The translations under genes and the position numbers were made by a program. DNA of 64,000 nt from an uncultured Spirochaetota bacterium (GTDB taxonomy: Bacteria; Spirochaetota; Brevinematia; Brevinematales; JAOACQ01), in NCBI GenBank assembly GCA_963835575.1, contig CAWIGG010000002.1, positions 1,888,001-1,952,000 of the forward strand, read 5' to 3'. A model generated the notes under the pieces. That model had not been told where the DNA came from and did no database searches. It saw only the letters and a list, made by a program, of their open reading frames with translations. Positions 1 to 9,818 of the stretch are shown piece after piece. The first letter of the stretch is position 1, and each line of letters begins with the position of its first letter.

Positions 1-411
1 CAGGAACCGGTCAAGGAAACACCGAAGCATCCTGAAAAGCCGGTAAATCTTGAGGAAACAAAGCCGGGTGAAAGCGTCGTTGTTCATAATATCTATTTTG
101 AATTTGATAAAGCCTATCTCAGGCGGGAATCCATCTCGACGCTGGATGATATCGTCAGACAGCTGAAGAGAAATCCGAAGATCAAACTTGAAATACAGGG
201 ACACACTGATAATATAGGCACAAAGGAATACAACAGGAAACTATCCGAGCGGCGCGCCGACGCCGTAATGGAATATTTCATCAAGAACGGCATCAGCCCC
301 GAAAGGCTGCGCTCCAGAGGTTTCGGAGAGACCAAGCCTATAGCAGATAATAAGACCGAAGAAGGAAGGAGTAAGAACAGAAGGACGGAATTTCTGATTC
401 TGGAAAAATAA
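1..411 (+). CDS. OmpA-family peptidoglycan-binding protein, C-terminal part (5' end outside window)
   Basis: Hand translation of frame 1: NIYFEFDKAYL...LEIQGHTDNIG...NRKLSERRADAV...GFGETKPIADN...GRSKNRRTEF, stop at 409-411; OmpA_C motifs. Confidence 0.93.
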   Translation, partial: QEPVKETPKHPEKPVNLEETKPGESVVVHNIYFEFDKAYLRRESISTLDDIVRQLKRNPKIKLEIQGHTDNIGTKEYNRKLSERRADAVMEYFIKNGISPERLRSRGFGETKPIADNKTEEGRSKNRRTEFLILEK

Positions 412-671
412 ATAATAAGACATTATTGAAATTTTTCTAAATGATATTTTTTTGGTGAATTAATCAATGCAGACATCCATTATTGCAGGATCATAAAAAC
501 AATATTTTTTCTATTTCATTTAAAGAAGTATCATTCCCCGCCGGGCGGCCAGGCCGGTTCAAAATCATGATTTCCAAACATTAATACGAAGCCTATCAGT
601 CTGCCGCAAGATGAAGATATAATAAACAACGTAAATTGTATCAACTTTTCGGTCTTAATCGGTCAATACTT

Positions 672-1097
672 TCAAAATATAAAACTATAAACGATGACCG
701 GGACCACGCTTACGGCCGAATAACCATATGAAGTATAAGGCGTCGCACCCTGATTAAGACCTTTATCCAGCGTTGCAGATACTGAAAGCCAGATACTTGC
801 CGCCAGAACGGAAAATCCGACAATCCTATGCACCAATAGCATATCAGTATAATCTCCTACTCCCAATATAGTTAATGTGCCCAAGGCCGCTTGAGAGACC
901 AGAAGCGTCATATTAACAATTGCGGCAGCTTTAGTCCAATCACTCTGCCCGTACATAACAGATGTTATAGAAGAATACCAGCCTAATCCCTCTCCGACAA
1001 CCACTCCCGCTATATGATAGGGCAGCATAAAGGTCGCAAACATTGACCGGACTGATAATGCCAGAAATAAAACTGTAAGAATGAGAATTTTTTTCAC
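672..1097 (-). CDS. Hypothetical membrane protein
   Basis: 141 aa ORF with signal-like N-terminus and several hydrophobic segments; GGAGG RBS upstream. Confidence 0.75.
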   Translation of the reverse strand: MKKILILTVLFLALSVRSMFATFMLPYHIAGVVVGEGLGWYSSITSVMYGQSDWTKAAAIVNMTLLVSQAALGTLTILGVGDYTDMLLVHRIVGFSVLAASIWLSVSATLDKGLNQGATPYTSYGYSAVSVVPVIVYSFIF

Positions 1098-1387
1098 ATT
1101 ATCCTCCTTTTTTTTATAATATTTATGCCATTAGTGTTATAGCATTTCTTCCTAAAAATAAATTGAATGAATATTTTACTGATCTAAATATAAGGTTTGT
1201 GAATGCGGCGAAGGGGAATATATTTGATGTTTATACAGCTTCATCCTGCCCTTCATGCAATCATATTAATCAACTGATTGTAAAAATTATAATCAACGGC
1301 AGGAAATATTGCAATAGAAAATTGTGAAAAGCGGGGAGAAATCACTTTTTTCTTTACGACAAATCTCAATCCCGGCAAAAAAACAAT

Positions 1388-1481
1388 ATATTTCATCAAG
1401 AACGACATCAGCCCCGAAAGGCTGTGCTCAAGGGACTTCGGAGAGACAAAACCCGTTGCCGATAATAAAACCGAAGAAGGA
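1388..1481 (+). pseudogene. Degenerate copy of the 3' part of the upstream ompA-family gene
   Basis: 94 bp, 81/94 identical by hand count to 273-366, gap-free; reads YFIKNDISPERLCSRDFGETKPVADNKTEEG. Confidence 0.88.
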
Positions 1482-1563
1482 CAGAATTACTGCTGCAGGA
1501 AAAATGATAACATCACTTTTACTGATGGATTAACACCTATAAATTTTCAAGGACATCAGCCGA

Positions 1564-2985
1564 TCATTTCCCGGAAGAAACCTCTATTTTCTTCTCAGAA
1601 CGGTTTAAGAACCTGTCGAATGAATCAACCAGGATTTCATGACTTCCGGAAGAAAGCTTCCCGAGATCAACGGCACTATCATTAAAATCCTTAGTGATGA
1701 CCGGCTCGATTAATTTTCCGTCGCAGTAAACCTGGATTTTTGTTGTTTTTTTATCAGTCTGAAGAGAGAGATGAAGAATGCCCCCGTCCAGACTATTGCT
1801 TATAATTGATAATGACGGAGGAGTTTTATCATACACCCTTTCTCCGCCCGCCGAAGGAGTAACTCCGGCAAAATCCTTCCGCACCTCATCCACCTGTTTA
1901 CCGGCAACAATGATATTAGCCGTATTAAGGTTTCCCATTCCATCATCGCTGAGGTATCTGAGATATTTGACCGATTCCGGGTCCCAGTTCATAACAAGGG
2001 CCTCAATGGTATCCAGCGCGACAGGATCGCGGCTTGCCAGGATCATCCGCATATTCTTCTGATCATTTTCTATTGCCGTAGTCTTGCTGATTTCATAGCT
2101 CGGGGTCGGGCCGTTCTGAATCCCCTGAAGGCCGTCCATTACCGCAAAATTAATCGGACGGCACATATTATAGTCATGAATCCATTTGTGAAGCGCGGAA
2201 CCATTGTGATCGACCATATTCTGCCTGCCGAATGTATTCCCTCCCGGGCCTCCGCCATAGATGTTTGACGGTGTGGCTCCGATGCCAACATTTTTTAAAG
2301 CGCCTGTAATACATGCATTCCAGTGGTTCTTCAGACATGGAAGGCTGATCAGAACATCCGCCTCATAATAACGTCTGTTCAGATAAAATACTTTCCTTAT
2401 GAGGCCGTTCGGAAGTTCCTTTTTTACCAGTCTGGGCGAATTGACATCCCTGCCGTTTCCGCTGTCTTCTTCAATGGCTATGAATTCCGTAACGCCGGGG
2501 ATATATTCCTTTGTATATTTTAAATATTCCATAACTATAAGAGTTGGCTCCTCCGCACAGCCTTCCATTACATAGACTTTGCCGTCCGGATCAAAATGCC
2601 TGACCAGTTCAGCGACGGCTTTTGTCACGCGCCAGTCCGTACAGTTGCCGTTGACTTCAGTCTTCAAGAGCGGTCCGGTCCATCCGGAGCCGGTATAATC
2701 ATTCCGGACAACCAGGTTGGGCTTAAGGACAACGGTCATCCCGTTAGTGATCAGGCTTTTAAAACCGCCGGCCGCTTCCACAGCGTTTGAAACGAGCGAG
2801 AGGATATCATTGTAATTTAAATCCGCGGCTTTTTCCTTGGCTGACTGCATAATAGCAACTCTGGATGGCAGTAAATTTACAGCCGACAGCGGTTTCGTTT
2901 CAGGAAGGCATTTTAAAAACAATACGGCTGGTATTAAAACCGCAATTATATTAAAAATCCATTTTTTCAACAGGCCGGGCTTCAT
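1564..2985 (-). CDS. DUF362-domain protein with N-terminal signal/lipoprotein-like peptide and C-terminal beta-rich (Ig-like) extension
   Basis: VVLKPNLV, LISLPCLKNH, ITGALKN.G and ASRDPVALD motifs typical of DUF362. Confidence 0.8.
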   Translation of the reverse strand: MKPGLLKKWIFNIIAVLIPAVLFLKCLPETKPLSAVNLLPSRVAIMQSAKEKAADLNYNDILSLVSNAVEAAGGFKSLITNGMTVVLKPNLVVRNDYTGSGWTGPLLKTEVNGNCTDWRVTKAVAELVRHFDPDGKVYVMEGCAEEPTLIVMEYLKYTKEYIPGVTEFIAIEEDSGNGRDVNSPRLVKKELPNGLIRKVFYLNRRYYEADVLISLPCLKNHWNACITGALKNVGIGATPSNIYGGGPGGNTFGRQNMVDHNGSALHKWIHDYNMCRPINFAVMDGLQGIQNGPTPSYEISKTTAIENDQKNMRMILASRDPVALDTIEALVMNWDPESVKYLRYLSDDGMGNLNTANIIVAGKQVDEVRKDFAGVTPSAGGERVYDKTPPSLSIISNSLDGGILHLSLQTDKKTTKIQVYCDGKLIEPVITKDFNDSAVDLGKLSSGSHEILVDSFDRFLNRSEKKIEVSSGK

Positions 2986-3025
2986 ATCAATACTCCTGCT
3001 TAATTATATAACAAAATAATTAATA

Positions 3026-4601
3026 CCTAAATTCCCAAAGTAAAAATACCAAATGGGGCCCCAATCTGTTATAATATATTGCTTTACAAAACAACAGAAG
3101 GAGCACCCAAATGGTGAAAAATATCAAAGTTGGTTTTACGGCGCAGGATTTGAGCAGCGTGAGCGGGATTTATCCCGTGCTGGTATTTTTGAAAAAGATT
3201 GGGTTCAATCAGTTGCTCAAAAAATTTATTCCAGTGCGGGAATATTGTAACCAGAAATTCTCGTTCGGGCAAATTATTACGGGAATCGTGTGCGCGCTGA
3301 TGGCAGGGTATAACCGGATCAAGAAGGTCGAGAATTTTACTGAAGATCCATTGTTCCGGGCAGCTCTGGGCTTGAAAGGGCCGATCAGTGATTCTACGAT
3401 CATCAAGCGGATTGAAAACGTTGGTATGAAAGAATCTTACGCGATGAATGAGTTGAACGGAAAGCTTTCCCGCAAAGTCCACGCGAAGTTCCGGGTAAAA
3501 ACGAAAATCGTGGACTGCGATTCGACCGTCAAGACGGTTTACGGAAGCCAGGAAGGAGCGGCGGCAGGCTACAATCCGCATAAAAAGGGAGCGAAGAGCT
3601 ATCATCCGCTTCTGGCATTCCTGAACAGCACAAGGGAATGTATTCTCTCCTATTTCAGGCCGGGCGACGCTTACACAGCGAATAACGCGCCTGAATTTAT
3701 CCGGCACATTTACGGAATACTCCATACCGGCTGGAAAAAACTTGTGTTCCGGATGGACAGCGGATTTTTCGACGGAAGGATTTTCGATGTCATCGAAGAA
3801 ATGAAAGGGGCTTTTTTTCTGGTCAAAGCCAAAATGAAAAACCTCGCGGCGTTTCTGGAAAACAGGGGTTGGACAGCGGTTCCGGATCGAAGCGGCTGGG
3901 AACAGGCGGAATTTGAGTACCGGGCGCATGGATGGAAACATGTGAGGCGGTTCATAGCTGTCAGAAAGCTGATCCGGATAGAAACGGAAGGGCTGGTATT
4001 CCCGAAAGCGGTTTATGACTATTTTTGCTATTGTACGAATATGCGTTTGAAACCTTGGCAGGGCCATAAATTTTACGGTGACCGGGGTACGTGTGAAAAC
4101 TGGATCGAAGCCGTGAAGCAGCAGATGTTCGCCGGGATGCTTCTGACGCAAGATTTCTGGGTGAATGATTTTCTGTGGAGCTGCAGCGTGCTGGCGTATA
4201 ACGTTGGAATCTGGATGCGGTATCTGGTTGACCGGAAAAGTCACCGGGAAGAACCGGAAACATTCCGGGCGTGGTTTATTCGGGTTGCGGGGAAAATCGT
4301 GAGACAGGGCCATCAGGTAAAACTGGTGTTGAGCCGTTATTTTGCGGATAAGGACCGGTGGCGGAAATTTTACTGCCACTTATGTGAGCTGCAGATATAG
4401 CGAGTTCCCAACCGGATGATGTGAAGGCCGCCACAAGGGTGTGTTGCGCCCGGAGCAGCGGAATTTGTGGATTTACGAGTATTCAGGCATCGCCAAGGCT
4501 TGTAATTGCAGCAGCCGCGAGACTGGGATGATAAACCGATGCCAAGCAGTGCCGCGCAAGGCTGATTTCAAGCGGAAATCGCGGAACTCTGGGAATTTAG
4601 G
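3026..4601 (+). mobile_element. Complete IS1380-family insertion sequence (1576 bp)
   Basis: TIRs CCTAAATTCCCAAAGT (3026-3041) and ACTCTGGGAATTTAGG (4586-4601), 15/16 match; 5-bp TSD TAATA at 3021-3025 and 4602-4606. Confidence 0.93.
3111..4400 (+). CDS. IS1380-family DDE transposase
   Basis: VDCDST, GYNPHKKG.KSYHPL, FRMDSGF and YGDRGTCENWI motifs. Confidence 0.93.
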   Translation: MVKNIKVGFTAQDLSSVSGIYPVLVFLKKIGFNQLLKKFIPVREYCNQKFSFGQIITGIVCALMAGYNRIKKVENFTEDPLFRAALGLKGPISDSTIIKRIENVGMKESYAMNELNGKLSRKVHAKFRVKTKIVDCDSTVKTVYGSQEGAAAGYNPHKKGAKSYHPLLAFLNSTRECILSYFRPGDAYTANNAPEFIRHIYGILHTGWKKLVFRMDSGFFDGRIFDVIEEMKGAFFLVKAKMKNLAAFLENRGWTAVPDRSGWEQAEFEYRAHGWKHVRRFIAVRKLIRIETEGLVFPKAVYDYFCYCTNMRLKPWQGHKFYGDRGTCENWIEAVKQQMFAGMLLTQDFWVNDFLWSCSVLAYNVGIWMRYLVDRKSHREEPETFRAWFIRVAGKIVRQGHQVKLVLSRYFADKDRWRKFYCHLCELQI

Positions 4602-4770
4602 TAATAAAGTAAATATTCTATCAGCACTGCCTGCCGTATGCCGGCCTCCTGTTCTGAAATTAATAAATACCTCATCTGATATCATTATTCATTTCTATCT
4701 CAGTTTCAATTGAATAAATGATGCAGGATCAATAGTCCGGTTTTCACTTTGATGCCGGCCGTTATATTCA

Positions 4771-5211
4771 TTAATTTAAATTTACCTGATTTTCCTTGTC
4801 TCTGACATAAAATGCGATGTAATTTATTCCATAAGATCTTGCAAGGTCCGTTAGATAGACTATCCTGTCGTATGGGCATTTTTTGTCGCCGTAAATGACA
4901 ATCGCCTTTTCATTTTTTCCCTGCAGTATAAAATAAGCATCAAGCGCTTCCGCATCGTATTTTTTTTCCTTTATATAATAATCCCCGTTTAATTTTACGC
5001 TGATTATCAGCGGATCCTCAAGCTTTATCGCCTCATGATTTTTAGAAGCAGGAAGCTCTATCCCCAGGACCTGTTTTTCTTCGGGCTTGAATATTTTCTC
5101 CTTAAATGTCAATGCCGTAACAAGGAACACGATCAGGATAAACAGGCAGTCTATAAGAGGTATCAGGTTTAATAATTCTTCATCGGCATCGAAATTAATA
5201 CCCTTTTTCAT
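4771..5211 (-). CDS. exbD: ExbD/TolR biopolymer transport protein
   Basis: LNLIPLIDCLFILIVFLV transmembrane motif; IYGDKKCPY..IV.L.D C-terminal motif. Confidence 0.88.
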   Translation of the reverse strand: MKKGINFDADEELLNLIPLIDCLFILIVFLVTALTFKEKIFKPEEKQVLGIELPASKNHEAIKLEDPLIISVKLNGDYYIKEKKYDAEALDAYFILQGKNEKAIVIYGDKKCPYDRIVYLTDLARSYGINYIAFYVRDKENQVNLN

Positions 5212-5216
5212 AAGCG

Positions 5217-5753
5217 TTATTCCTCCTGTCCGGTTTTATTGCCGTTCCTGCCGCTTTCGGAAATCGTATAGATATGTTTGATCTGGTTTATTTCATATTC
5301 AGCCTCTTCCTAATACTGCATCAGCTTTGATTTAAAATAGCGGTGGAATATGATCCCCGGAATGGCGACCGCCAGTCCCCCGATCGTCGAATAAAGCGCA
5401 TGTCCGATGCCCATTGCCAATTGCCTTTTTTCATCCGCAGTGCCCGCCCCCAGCTGTGAAAAAATAATGATCAGCCCTATCAGCGTGCCTAACAGGCCGA
5501 AAAGCGGAGCAATTGACGCTATTGTACCGATTGCCGTAATATTTTTCTTCAACGGATTCAGCATTAAATAAGTCGATTCAGTCAAAGATTCAAAAAGCTG
5601 GACATTACCATGAATATATTCTTTAAATCCCTTGCTCCATGCCTTGCCCAATAAACTCTGGGAACTGCCGGCCCTTTCTTCCGCTTTTTCAAAATCAAGA
5701 GCTTTTGCATGCATTTTAATATCGTTTATCATGGCAGAATCAAATATCCTTTT
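5217..5753 (-). pseudogene. exbB: ExbB/MotA/TolQ proton-channel protein, 5'-truncated with an internal TAG
   Basis: TIASIAPLFGLLGTLIGLI and GIGHALYSTIGGLAVAIP motifs; N-terminal TM helix missing; TAG at 5310-5312, frame then stays open to TAA at 5217-5219 next to exbD. Confidence 0.8.
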
Positions 5754-6165
5754 TTATTTAATATTTCTGATAGTGAATACAGGAATTCTGATCCTGGTCA
5801 ACATCGAGTTTTTCAGGATCTCTATTTTATTAAAGTATGATACCTACAGCAGTATCTGGACAATATTGTTTCATAACTTTCTTTACGGCATCCTGTTTTT
5901 AATAATTCCGCTTTATATTCATAAATTCATCAATACCCCTTTTAAACTGCTCCATAAAGCGGCATTCGGATTGTTTTTTGTTAACCCTTCTGCTGGGCTT
6001 TCTGCCGTCTTTTTATACCGGGCTTATGCAGGGAACTGTTATTATATTAAACTTCAAGGCCGTCTTCTGGATGAATTTCCTCATCTTCCTTTATACATTT
6101 ATACTGTTATTGAACCGGCTCAACAAAACAGAAATAAAAGAGAAAAAGACAATCATCAAATTTTT

Positions 6166-7684
6166 GTAACTATCCAGCCGCATATTTAATAGCGGAGCCG
6201 TTCAACGCGTCAATAAGGGCTTGATAAACACTGACGCCCATCTTTTTTACTGTAGATATATAACCCCTGATTCTGCAAAAGGCAGCCGCTCCATTCCAGC
6301 TTCTGAATGTACCTGATATTTTCTGCTGGACTTTTATCATTCTGATATCCCGTTCCGCCAAATTGTTGCTGAATGGAACATCTTTTTCCCGCATAAATAA
6401 AAGGACAGATTCTTTATATTTTCTTAATCGGTCTAATAGGCATAAAACCTTGCCCCGCTTTTTTCTGCCGCGTTTAACAAGTCCTTCCGGCTTTTCAGGC
6501 GTTGGATTTACAGCAAATCCTTTCGCGATGATCCGGTCATATTCCGTATCATATTCTATAATCCTTTCCGCCGGTATTGGAAAACTTGCCTCTTTATCAT
6601 TCTTAATCCTTATAAGAAGATTACCCATCTCCTTAGCCCATTCCTGACCCATTTCCTCATGTATCCAGATTAGCTCTCTCAAATGGTGTACATTACACAA
6701 TCCATGACGGCATAAGAATTCCAGATAACTTTTCCATCCATCGTGGATAATAATACCGGTAAATCTTGTGAGAATGTCCATCGCACGCATCGCCTCTGTG
6801 CCGCGTTTGTCATGAGAAAAATAATAGGTAAAACGTTCATTCGAGGCAACATGGAGCCATTTTAATAACCCTTTTATCCGAATACCGGTTTCATCACAGT
6901 GAAGAACCACTTCTTTTAGTATCAGTTCTATGACTTTCTGTTCATACTCTTCTAATTTATTGTAGGTCTCCCGGATAAATCCTTCAATCGTTGCCTTGCT
7001 GAGCGGCACTCCCAATAAACATTCGGCGTATTCCGAAAGCCTTTCATAGGGTATCAACCCATATGTTTTCATATAGACCAGATGCGCTTTAATGTTTTTT
7101 CCATACTGTGCCTTATTGGTTATGCCTTCCGGAAACTCCGCCGTTACTCTCGCACCGCAATGCGGACAATCTTTTACTTCCGAGCGATGTTCGGTAACTT
7201 CCACTTTTATCGGAGGTATATCGAACACCTGCCTTCTTTCCGTCCGCTTAACTGATTCGGAACTTAAATCAATTCCACAACAGGAACATTTTTCAACCTG
7301 ATGTTCTATGATCTTATCAGGGCTTTCTACTTTCTTCAGAGTATTTCCCTTATGTCCAAACTGGCCGCCTTGTTTTTTACCGCTCTTTTTCCGTAAATTC
7401 TTTACTGTATTTTGGAATGGATTATCGGAAGACGGCGGTTTATTGCTGTTATGGCTGTCCTTATTAAGCTGTTCTTCCAATTTCTTAATCTTTTCCGCTT
7501 GTCTTTGAATGATTAAACCCTGCTCCTTTATCTGGTTTTGTAAATCAGCAATGATGCCTTCAAATCGTTTTAAGCAGGCCGCACAGTCTTTTTCTCTTCT
7601 ATCTTCATTCATGCTATAGAATAGCATGGTTCATGCTCAATGCAAATATTTCATGTGACTATTTTTTAGTGGCTGGATAGTTAC
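6166..7684 (-). mobile_element. Complete single-ORF IS66-family element (ISBst12-like organisation, 1519 bp)
   Basis: Perfect 14-bp TIRs GTAACTATCCAGCC / GGCTGGATAGTTAC; 8-bp TSD AAATTTTT at 6158-6165 and 7685-7692. Confidence 0.94.
6170..7627 (-). CDS. IS66-family transposase (TnpC-like)
   Basis: Coiled coil, NSNKPPSSD, GGQFGHKG, CxxC zinc finger, LHCDETG, HDGW, CNVHHLREL and NNLAERDIR motifs. Confidence 0.94.
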   Translation of the reverse strand: MLFYSMNEDRREKDCAACLKRFEGIIADLQNQIKEQGLIIQRQAEKIKKLEEQLNKDSHNSNKPPSSDNPFQNTVKNLRKKSGKKQGGQFGHKGNTLKKVESPDKIIEHQVEKCSCCGIDLSSESVKRTERRQVFDIPPIKVEVTEHRSEVKDCPHCGARVTAEFPEGITNKAQYGKNIKAHLVYMKTYGLIPYERLSEYAECLLGVPLSKATIEGFIRETYNKLEEYEQKVIELILKEVVLHCDETGIRIKGLLKWLHVASNERFTYYFSHDKRGTEAMRAMDILTRFTGIIIHDGWKSYLEFLCRHGLCNVHHLRELIWIHEEMGQEWAKEMGNLLIRIKNDKEASFPIPAERIIEYDTEYDRIIAKGFAVNPTPEKPEGLVKRGRKKRGKVLCLLDRLRKYKESVLLFMREKDVPFSNNLAERDIRMIKVQQKISGTFRSWNGAAAFCRIRGYISTVKKMGVSVYQALIDALNGSAIKYAAG

Positions 7685-8166
7685 AAATTTTTTATCATTT
7701 ATAATGCCCTTTCCTTACTGACATCACTGATCGAATACTTCTGGAACTTTAATGATCAGAATTTATTAAGGCCCCTTACTTTCAGCAACCTTCTCTACTT
7801 TATCCTGAATTTATTAACAATTATTTTTGTTTCGAAGCACTTTTTCATCTCACAGCCGCAGGCTGCCGCAGGCGAGATTCCGGAATCGTCCTTACAGCAG
7901 TACGGCATAACACCCAGGGAAAAGGAAATCATTATTATGATATCAAAGGGATTTACCAATAAAATGATGGCTTCAGCGTTAGGCATCGCCACATTGACTG
8001 TAAAAAATCATGTCTATAATATCTATCAAAAAACCAATGCCCTCAGCAAGATTGACTTAATAAATAAAATGAATCAAAACACCCTGACCATGGAATCCAG
8101 GATCGCGTCTATTTTTTCATAAATCATTTACGGTCGGCCGAAAAACAAAGAACAACTTTGACAGTT

Positions 8167-9318
8167 CTATAAATTTGATTTTTTAGAACTGACTTTATTC
8201 AATTCCATTTTGACGGATAATAAATCCATAATGTCTTTTGATGTAAGAATCCCGACCAGCTGATCCCCGGAAGCCACCATCAGCATGCCGCTGCCGGTCC
8301 GGTTCATCATCGACCAGGCTTTCTGCACTTCCATATCCGGTGTAATAGTATTTTGAACCGAACAGTCTTTTGACACATCGCCGACTTTTTTATTTTTCCA
8401 ATCGTCTCTTGGTATTTCCTTAATCTGTTCAGTTGAAATGCATCCTGTCAATTTCCCGTTATCGACAACCGGGAAAATTTTATAATGATATTTATAGATA
8501 TAATCTTCAACAAGCTCTTCTATTGTAATAAACGGCGGTACATTGACCGGATTTTCATTCATAACCTTCGCGGCAGATACACCTGCAATGACCTCATCCA
8601 TTAAAAGCTTTTTGTAAGAAGACCTTGCCGAGTTGTCCAGGAAAAATCCGATGATAAACCACCAGACCCCGTTGACAATATAGCCGGTTATGAATTGAAT
8701 AATCCCCAGGGCAATCAGCATAAATCCGAAGCCGGAACCTATTAAAGAGGCAATCCTTGTCGCTTTTTTCATATTATTTTTCCATTTCCACAAAGCCGCC
8801 CTCAGAATTCTACCGCCGTCAAGAGGAAAGGCGGGTATGAGGTTGAATCCCGCAAGTATCCAGTTGATAAAAGCAAGATAGCCGAAAACACCATAAACCG
8901 GGACAGGCCATTTTATCCATTTTCCCATATGCATCATACCGAAACAGAACAGCCCGATAACAATGCTGGCAAGAGGCCCGGCAATTGCCATCAGGAATTC
9001 TACTTTCGCGCTTTTAGGTTCCTCAGCAATACTGGCCACTCCGCCGAACAAAAAAAGCGTAATGGAACGGATCGGCACGCCGTATTTCCTGGCCACAAGC
9101 GAATGACTGACCTCATGTAATATTATGGAAGCAAATAAACCAATCGCTCCGATAAAGCCCATCAGCCACAGAGATAACTGTGATAAATTCTGGTAATATG
9201 AGGGAAAAAGTCCCGTGGCAAGCGACCACGTTATTAATACTACTATAATCAGCCAGCTTAAATCAATTTTGATATCAAATCCAAAGAGGCTGAATATTTT
9301 TATTGACCTGCCGAACAT
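8167..9318 (-). CDS. Site-2 protease (M50) with CBS domains
   Basis: HEVSH and NLIPAFPLDGGR motifs; C-terminal CBS pair. Confidence 0.93.
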   Translation of the reverse strand: MFGRSIKIFSLFGFDIKIDLSWLIIVVLITWSLATGLFPSYYQNLSQLSLWLMGFIGAIGLFASIILHEVSHSLVARKYGVPIRSITLFLFGGVASIAEEPKSAKVEFLMAIAGPLASIVIGLFCFGMMHMGKWIKWPVPVYGVFGYLAFINWILAGFNLIPAFPLDGGRILRAALWKWKNNMKKATRIASLIGSGFGFMLIALGIIQFITGYIVNGVWWFIIGFFLDNSARSSYKKLLMDEVIAGVSAAKVMNENPVNVPPFITIEELVEDYIYKYHYKIFPVVDNGKLTGCISTEQIKEIPRDDWKNKKVGDVSKDCSVQNTITPDMEVQKAWSMMNRTGSGMLMVASGDQLVGILTSKDIMDLLSVKMELNKVSSKKSNL

Positions 9319-9446
9319 AAATAACTCCTCATAAATCTTATCTTATTACTTAAATATAATACAATATTAAACAGGGGGCAATAGTTCTTTCAAACCTGTT
9401 TTGAACAATTTATTCGACAAAGGACTAAATAATTTGTTTTATATAT

Positions 9447-9483
9447 TTGACAAAATAGAGCATTTATCGTATTATTATAATAT
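9447..9483 (+). promoter_or_regulatory. Sigma70 promoter of the arsR-like gene overlapped by a candidate operator
   Basis: TTGACA (9447-9452), 17 bp spacer, TATTAT (9470-9475); motif at 9464-9483 recurs at 9779 and 10670. Confidence 0.65.
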
Positions 9484-9503
9484 ATAAATTTTTTGGACAA
9501 AGT

Positions 9504-9764
9504 ATGGATTTTAAGGTTAACAGTGAAATATTAAAAGCCCTTGGTCATCCTATCCGTCTCCAGATAGTCAGCGGCCTGGCTGATGATAACGACTGCAATG
9601 TGAACAGTATGGCGGAAAAGCTGAAAATACCTCAATCGACTGTGTCCCAGCATCTCGGGATCCTGAAGTCAAGAGGAATTATAACTGCGCGCAAGAAAGG
9701 CGTGGAAACATGTTATTTTGTTTCTGACAGCCGTGTAAAGAAAATACTTGATATTCTCAATTAG
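9504..9764 (+). CDS. ArsR/SmtB-family transcriptional regulator
   Basis: LKALGHPIRLQI...PQSTVSQHLGILK winged HTH. Confidence 0.93.
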   Translation: MDFKVNSEILKALGHPIRLQIVSGLADDNDCNVNSMAEKLKIPQSTVSQHLGILKSRGIITARKKGVETCYFVSDSRVKKILDILN

Positions 9765-9818
9765 TTTTTTTAAGAATTATATCGCATTATTGGAATATAC
9801 AAATATAAGGAGTTAAAT

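Larger units (their letters stand above)
5750..8122 (+). pseudogene. Membrane-anchored LuxR-type HTH regulator, 5'-truncated, frameshifted and interrupted by IS66
   Basis: TM-rich frame from about 5750; frame change in the T-run near 5974-5979; removing the IS and one TSD rejoins ...KTIIKFFIIYNALS...GITPREKEIIIMISKGFTNKMMASALGIATLTVKNHVYNIYQK. Confidence 0.85.

Noticed and set aside
3084..4379. 431-aa ORF antisense to the IS1380 transposase
   Set aside because: It has no recognisable motifs and lies almost wholly opposite a clear transposase, so it is most likely a shadow ORF.
5310..5312. In-frame TAG in exbB as possible stop-codon recoding (pyrrolysine or alternative code)
   Set aside because: Many intact genes in the window end in TAG and exbB is also 5'-truncated, so a nonsense mutation is simpler.
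5632..6189. 185-aa ORF on the + strand
   Set aside because: It is a chimera of exbB antisense sequence and a LuxR-regulator fragment that drifts out of frame, not a real gene.
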